The notes below the pieces were generated by a model, which saw only the letters and a program-made list of their open reading frames with translations, ran no database searches and had not been told where the DNA came from. Positions 61,004 to 64,000 of a stretch of DNA of 64,000 nt are shown piece after piece (positions within the stretch are counted from its first letter, which is position 1; each line of letters starts with the position of its first letter). The position numbers and the translations under genes are program-made. This DNA comes from Blepharisma stoltei ATCC 30299 (Eukaryota; Protista; Ciliophora). The stretch is taken from the NCBI GenBank assembly GCA_965603825.1, contig CBFDEM010000020.1, positions 744,001-808,000 of the forward strand. The letters are read 5' to 3'.

Positions 61004-62500
61004 TTAACTTGAGTAAAGTTCTTGGGAATTCATTACAAATTGAGGCTTATTATATTTTTGTACTGGCTGAGAAGCTGGTGCGGGGATTGATGATCTGACT
61101 GCATCAAGCTCTTGGAGGGCTGTGACTAAACTAGTCCTTTGGTTTTCTAGCTCCTTTTTATATGTATAACCAATAAAATTATTGTCTTTTTTTGATTTTC
61201 GCTTTCTTTCGCCTTCGGGAGGATAAAAAGGCTCGACTTCTTCAAATTGGTCGAAATTCGAGGTATCGATTTCACTTTTTAACTAAATAAAAATTACTTC
61301 TGGCACCCAAGGTGCTCTGGAACTTCTTAAGCGTTCCCAATCTATCCCTAAAAAGAAAGGATGCCTCTGAATTTCTTCTACACCATTGACACCAAGCCGA
61401 TTTTGTGGGTCGCATACTAATTTTCTTATAAGATCAGAGACTGATCTACTTAAATTTGCTTCTCGTGGGATTGCTAAAGTTTTACTTCAGTGCAGGATTT
61501 TTTGGCAAGTGATAGAAGGCTCGTCTGAGAAAAATGGAGGATACCCAACGACCATTTCATACAAAATTACTCCTAAGCTTCACCAGTCGACTGTTTCAGT
61601 GTAGCCATTCCTTCCAAACACTTCTGGGGCTATATAATCAGGAGTTCCAACAGTTGAATAAGCTAGGGCTCTATTTCTTTTGTAATCACTTTTTTTTTCG
61701 ATGTATTGTTTAGTTTTTGCATCTTCTTCGATTTTTCGTAAATTTGAGTAAGGGTGGTCAGTTTGGATTTCGCTCATTTTGCAGAGCCCGAAATCTGATA
61801 ATTTTACATGTCCTTCAGAGTCTACAAGGATATTGTCTGGCTTTAAGTCTCTATGTATATAATTTAACTTGTGAACAGAGTCTACTGCCATGATCATTTC
61901 AGCTAGATAAAATCTAGCCTCAGCTTCTGGGAGAATATCACGCTTTATAAGGATTGTCATTAAATCACCTCCAGGGAGATATTCCATAGTTAAATAAAGG
62001 TATCTTTCATCTTGAAATGAATATTTTAACTCAACGATCCAGGGATTATTCGCCAGCGCTAGAACATTTCTCTCAGCTCTAATATGCTGCACTTGGTTTT
62101 TCCTTATCATTTCTGACTTATTCATCTTCTTCATGGCTAAGATTTCACCAGTTATTTTGCTGCGAACAACTCTGACTTCTCCAAAAGCACCTCTCCCTAT
62201 AATAGCAATAGGTTCAAAGTCGAAAACACTTGTCCTTTTTCGCTTTTGTCGTAGCTGTTCAGCTTCCTTGTGGAGGATTTCTTGCTTAATTAGCTCTTGA
62301 TCTGTGGTAGACAGGCTAAGTTCATTCATTTTGCGTGACAGTTCATTCCACCCTTCGCGTTTTTCTGTTTCTTCTCTTTTTAACTTTGAGTATTTTTGTT
62401 CAATATAAGCTTTTGCAGCTTCAGCTTTTTCTCTAGAAACAGCTGAAATCTCAGGTCTTTCACGTGTTTCTGGCTTCTTTGCAGCAGTTCTTTGTTCCAT
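61004..62500 (-). CDS. NDR: NDR/LATS-family AGC kinase (paralog 2)
   Basis: Same motifs ([21 protein letters not shown]); TGA=Trp; intron 61283..61297; TAA at 61004. Confidence 0.95.
61283..61297 (-). other. 15-nt intron
   Basis: GTAATTTTTATTTAG; splicing gives WVPE|LKS, colinear with YVPELNG of paralog 1. Confidence 0.95.
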
Positions 62501-62657
62501 GCTATTAATTAGTATAAGATTATATTATTTGCTCATATTCAGTATATATTACAAAAAATTCTTTATAAATTTGCATTCTTTAAATGATCTATTTTCCTAA
62601 AAAAAATTATATTTGTAATACTTTATAGAAAATTTTTTCTAACTGCGAAATAAAAAT

Positions 62658-64000
62658 ATGAGTGATAAAAGCCCTCAAAGTACTTTGACACAAAGAAGAT
62701 CAATTAGCCGCAAAGACTCAGAGCTACCAGAAAAGGACACTGCAGCTGACGAAGTAATAGCAGAAAGCAAAGGACATATCAACGTTGTCTGCAGATTCCG
62801 CCCTTTCAACGACAAAGAAAAGGAATATGGGGAAAAAACGTCAATTGAATTTAATTCAGATCAAAAATCAGTAGCAGTGATTGGCCACGATACTGCTCCT
62901 TTATTATTTTGCTTCGACAGAGTCTTTCCATCCAGCACACTCCAACAAGAAGTCTATGACGCTGCTGGCAAGCCTATAATCGAATCAGTTCTTGAAGGAT
63001 TCAATGGCACCATTTTAGCATACGGGCAAACCTCATCAGGCAAAACTTTTACCATGAGCGGGCCTAGTGTTGACGACCCCCTCTACCAAGGTATTATTCC
63101 TCGTATGGTAAAAACCATTTTCCAAAACATTGATGAAGCCAGCGAGCATCTTGAATTTACCGTTAAAGTAGGCTATTGTGAAATTTACCTTGAAAAAATC
63201 AGAGACCTGTTAGACCCTTCAAAAAAGTCACTTAAAATAATGGAAGATAAAGTTAAAGGGATTTTTATTGAAGATCTCACTGAAGATTATGTATATCAGG
63301 AATCTGATATGTACCAATTAATGAAATTCGGAACTAGGAATCGAGAAGTCGCTGAAACTCAGATGAATGAAGTAAGCTCTAGGTCTCATGCAATTTTTAT
63401 GATTACCATATCACAAAGCAATACACTTGACCTTTCTGCAAAAACTGGGAAACTTTATTTAGTAGATTTAGCAGGATCTGAAAAAATTAGTAAAACAGGA
63501 GCTGAAGGAAAAAGACTGGATGAGCTTAAAAAAATCAATAGGTCTTTATCCACCTTGGGTCTTGTAATTTTTTCACTAACAGATGGAAAATCTACACATA
63601 TTCCTTATAGAGATTCAAAGCTCACAAGGATTCTTCAAGATTCTCTTGGGGGAAACTCTAAAACATGTTTAATTTTGACCTGCTCGCCATCACTTTATAA
63701 TGAGCAAGAAACAATAAGCACACTTAGGTTTGGAATCAGAGCTAAAGCTATTAAAAATAAGCCAAAAGTGAATAAGGAGCATACAGTGGCTGAGCTGAAA
63801 ATTTTATTAGCAAAAGCTAAAGAAGAAATTATTAAAAAAGACTCAAAAATAACACTATTAGAGAGACATATTAAAGATATAGGAGAAACTTTGCCAAATC
63901 AAACGGAAGATTCTGAAGCATCAAATGAGTTTTTAAAATCTGCTGAATATCAGGAACTTCTACAGGAATTGGAGTTTGAAAGGCAGCAATACTCTAATGA
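62658..64000 (+). CDS. KHC: Kinesin-1 heavy chain (3' partial; absent from ORF track)
   Basis: INVVCRFRP, FNGTILAYGQTSSGKTFTM, SSRSH, LVDLAGSEKISKTGAEG, HIPYRDSKLTRILQDSLGGNSKT, neck coiled coil. Confidence 0.93.
   Translation, partial: MSDKSPQSTLTQRRSISRKDSELPEKDTAADEVIAESKGHINVVCRFRPFNDKEKEYGEKTSIEFNSDQKSVAVIGHDTAPLLFCFDRVFPSSTLQQEVYDAAGKPIIESVLEGFNGTILAYGQTSSGKTFTMSGPSVDDPLYQGIIPRMVKTIFQNIDEASEHLEFTVKVGYCEIYLEKIRDLLDPSKKSLKIMEDKVKGIFIEDLTEDYVYQESDMYQLMKFGTRNREVAETQMNEVSSRSHAIFMITISQSNTLDLSAKTGKLYLVDLAGSEKISKTGAEGKRLDELKKINRSLSTLGLVIFSLTDGKSTHIPYRDSKLTRILQDSLGGNSKTCLILTCSPSLYNEQETISTLRFGIRAKAIKNKPKVNKEHTVAELKILLAKAKEEIIKKDSKITLLERHIKDIGETLPNQTEDSEASNEFLKSAEYQELLQELEFERQQYSN

Noticed and set aside
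1047-61604. Many overlapping or antisense ORFs in the track (e.g. 1587..1814, 9275..9604, 42850..43398, 46274..46807)
   Set aside because: Shadows of real genes: F/S/L-rich mirror composition and no motifs
2891-62500. Widespread pseudogenisation or selenocysteine as the explanation for in-frame TGA
   Set aside because: TGAs align with conserved Trp rather than Cys, swap with TGG between paralogs, and frames are otherwise intact
1-64000. UAR=Gln ciliate code or UAG=Gln code
   Set aside because: Internal TAA/TAG are nearly all explained by tiny introns, and several genes end in TAG; the single exception at 20905 is reported as a finding
1-64000. Prokaryotic features (operons, CRISPR, IS elements), tRNA/rRNA, telomeric repeats
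   Set aside because: None recognisable; gene content and introns are eukaryotic

Overview
AT-rich, very gene-dense eukaryotic DNA, most consistent with a heterotrich ciliate macronuclear genome of the Blepharisma type. In-frame TGA codons fall on conserved Trp positions, so UGA=Trp and only TAA/TAG stop. Fourteen 15-16 nt GT-AG introns were found, all with an A six bases from the 3' end. The supplied ORF track (standard code, no splicing) therefore fragments many genes. Re-reading with UGA=Trp and tiny introns gives about 43 protein-coding genes: tectonic, KDSR-like SDR, glycogen phosphorylase, PHD/DDT chromatin factor, RBR-like, TTLL, C2-PX, HSD17B12-like, FYVE, SAPS, kelch-like, RCC1, ENTH, MAK, PUF, frataxin-like, ankyrin, UBXN11, SAM, WIPI, NEK, RPC5, START, a hidden twin-CX9C protein, HIBCH, DENND6, two NDR kinases, GcvT-like, kinesin-1 and several hypotheticals. 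The best novelty candidates are (i) a tandem family of motor-less proteins carrying a dynein stalk microtubule-binding-domain-like module behind a Lys/Glu-rich helix, (ii) a securin-like D-box protein, (iii) possible UGA termination near gene ends, and (iv) several apparent pseudo-enzymes. No rRNA, tRNA, CRISPR array or transposon was recognised. All family calls come from motif recognition by eye; no database searches were run.
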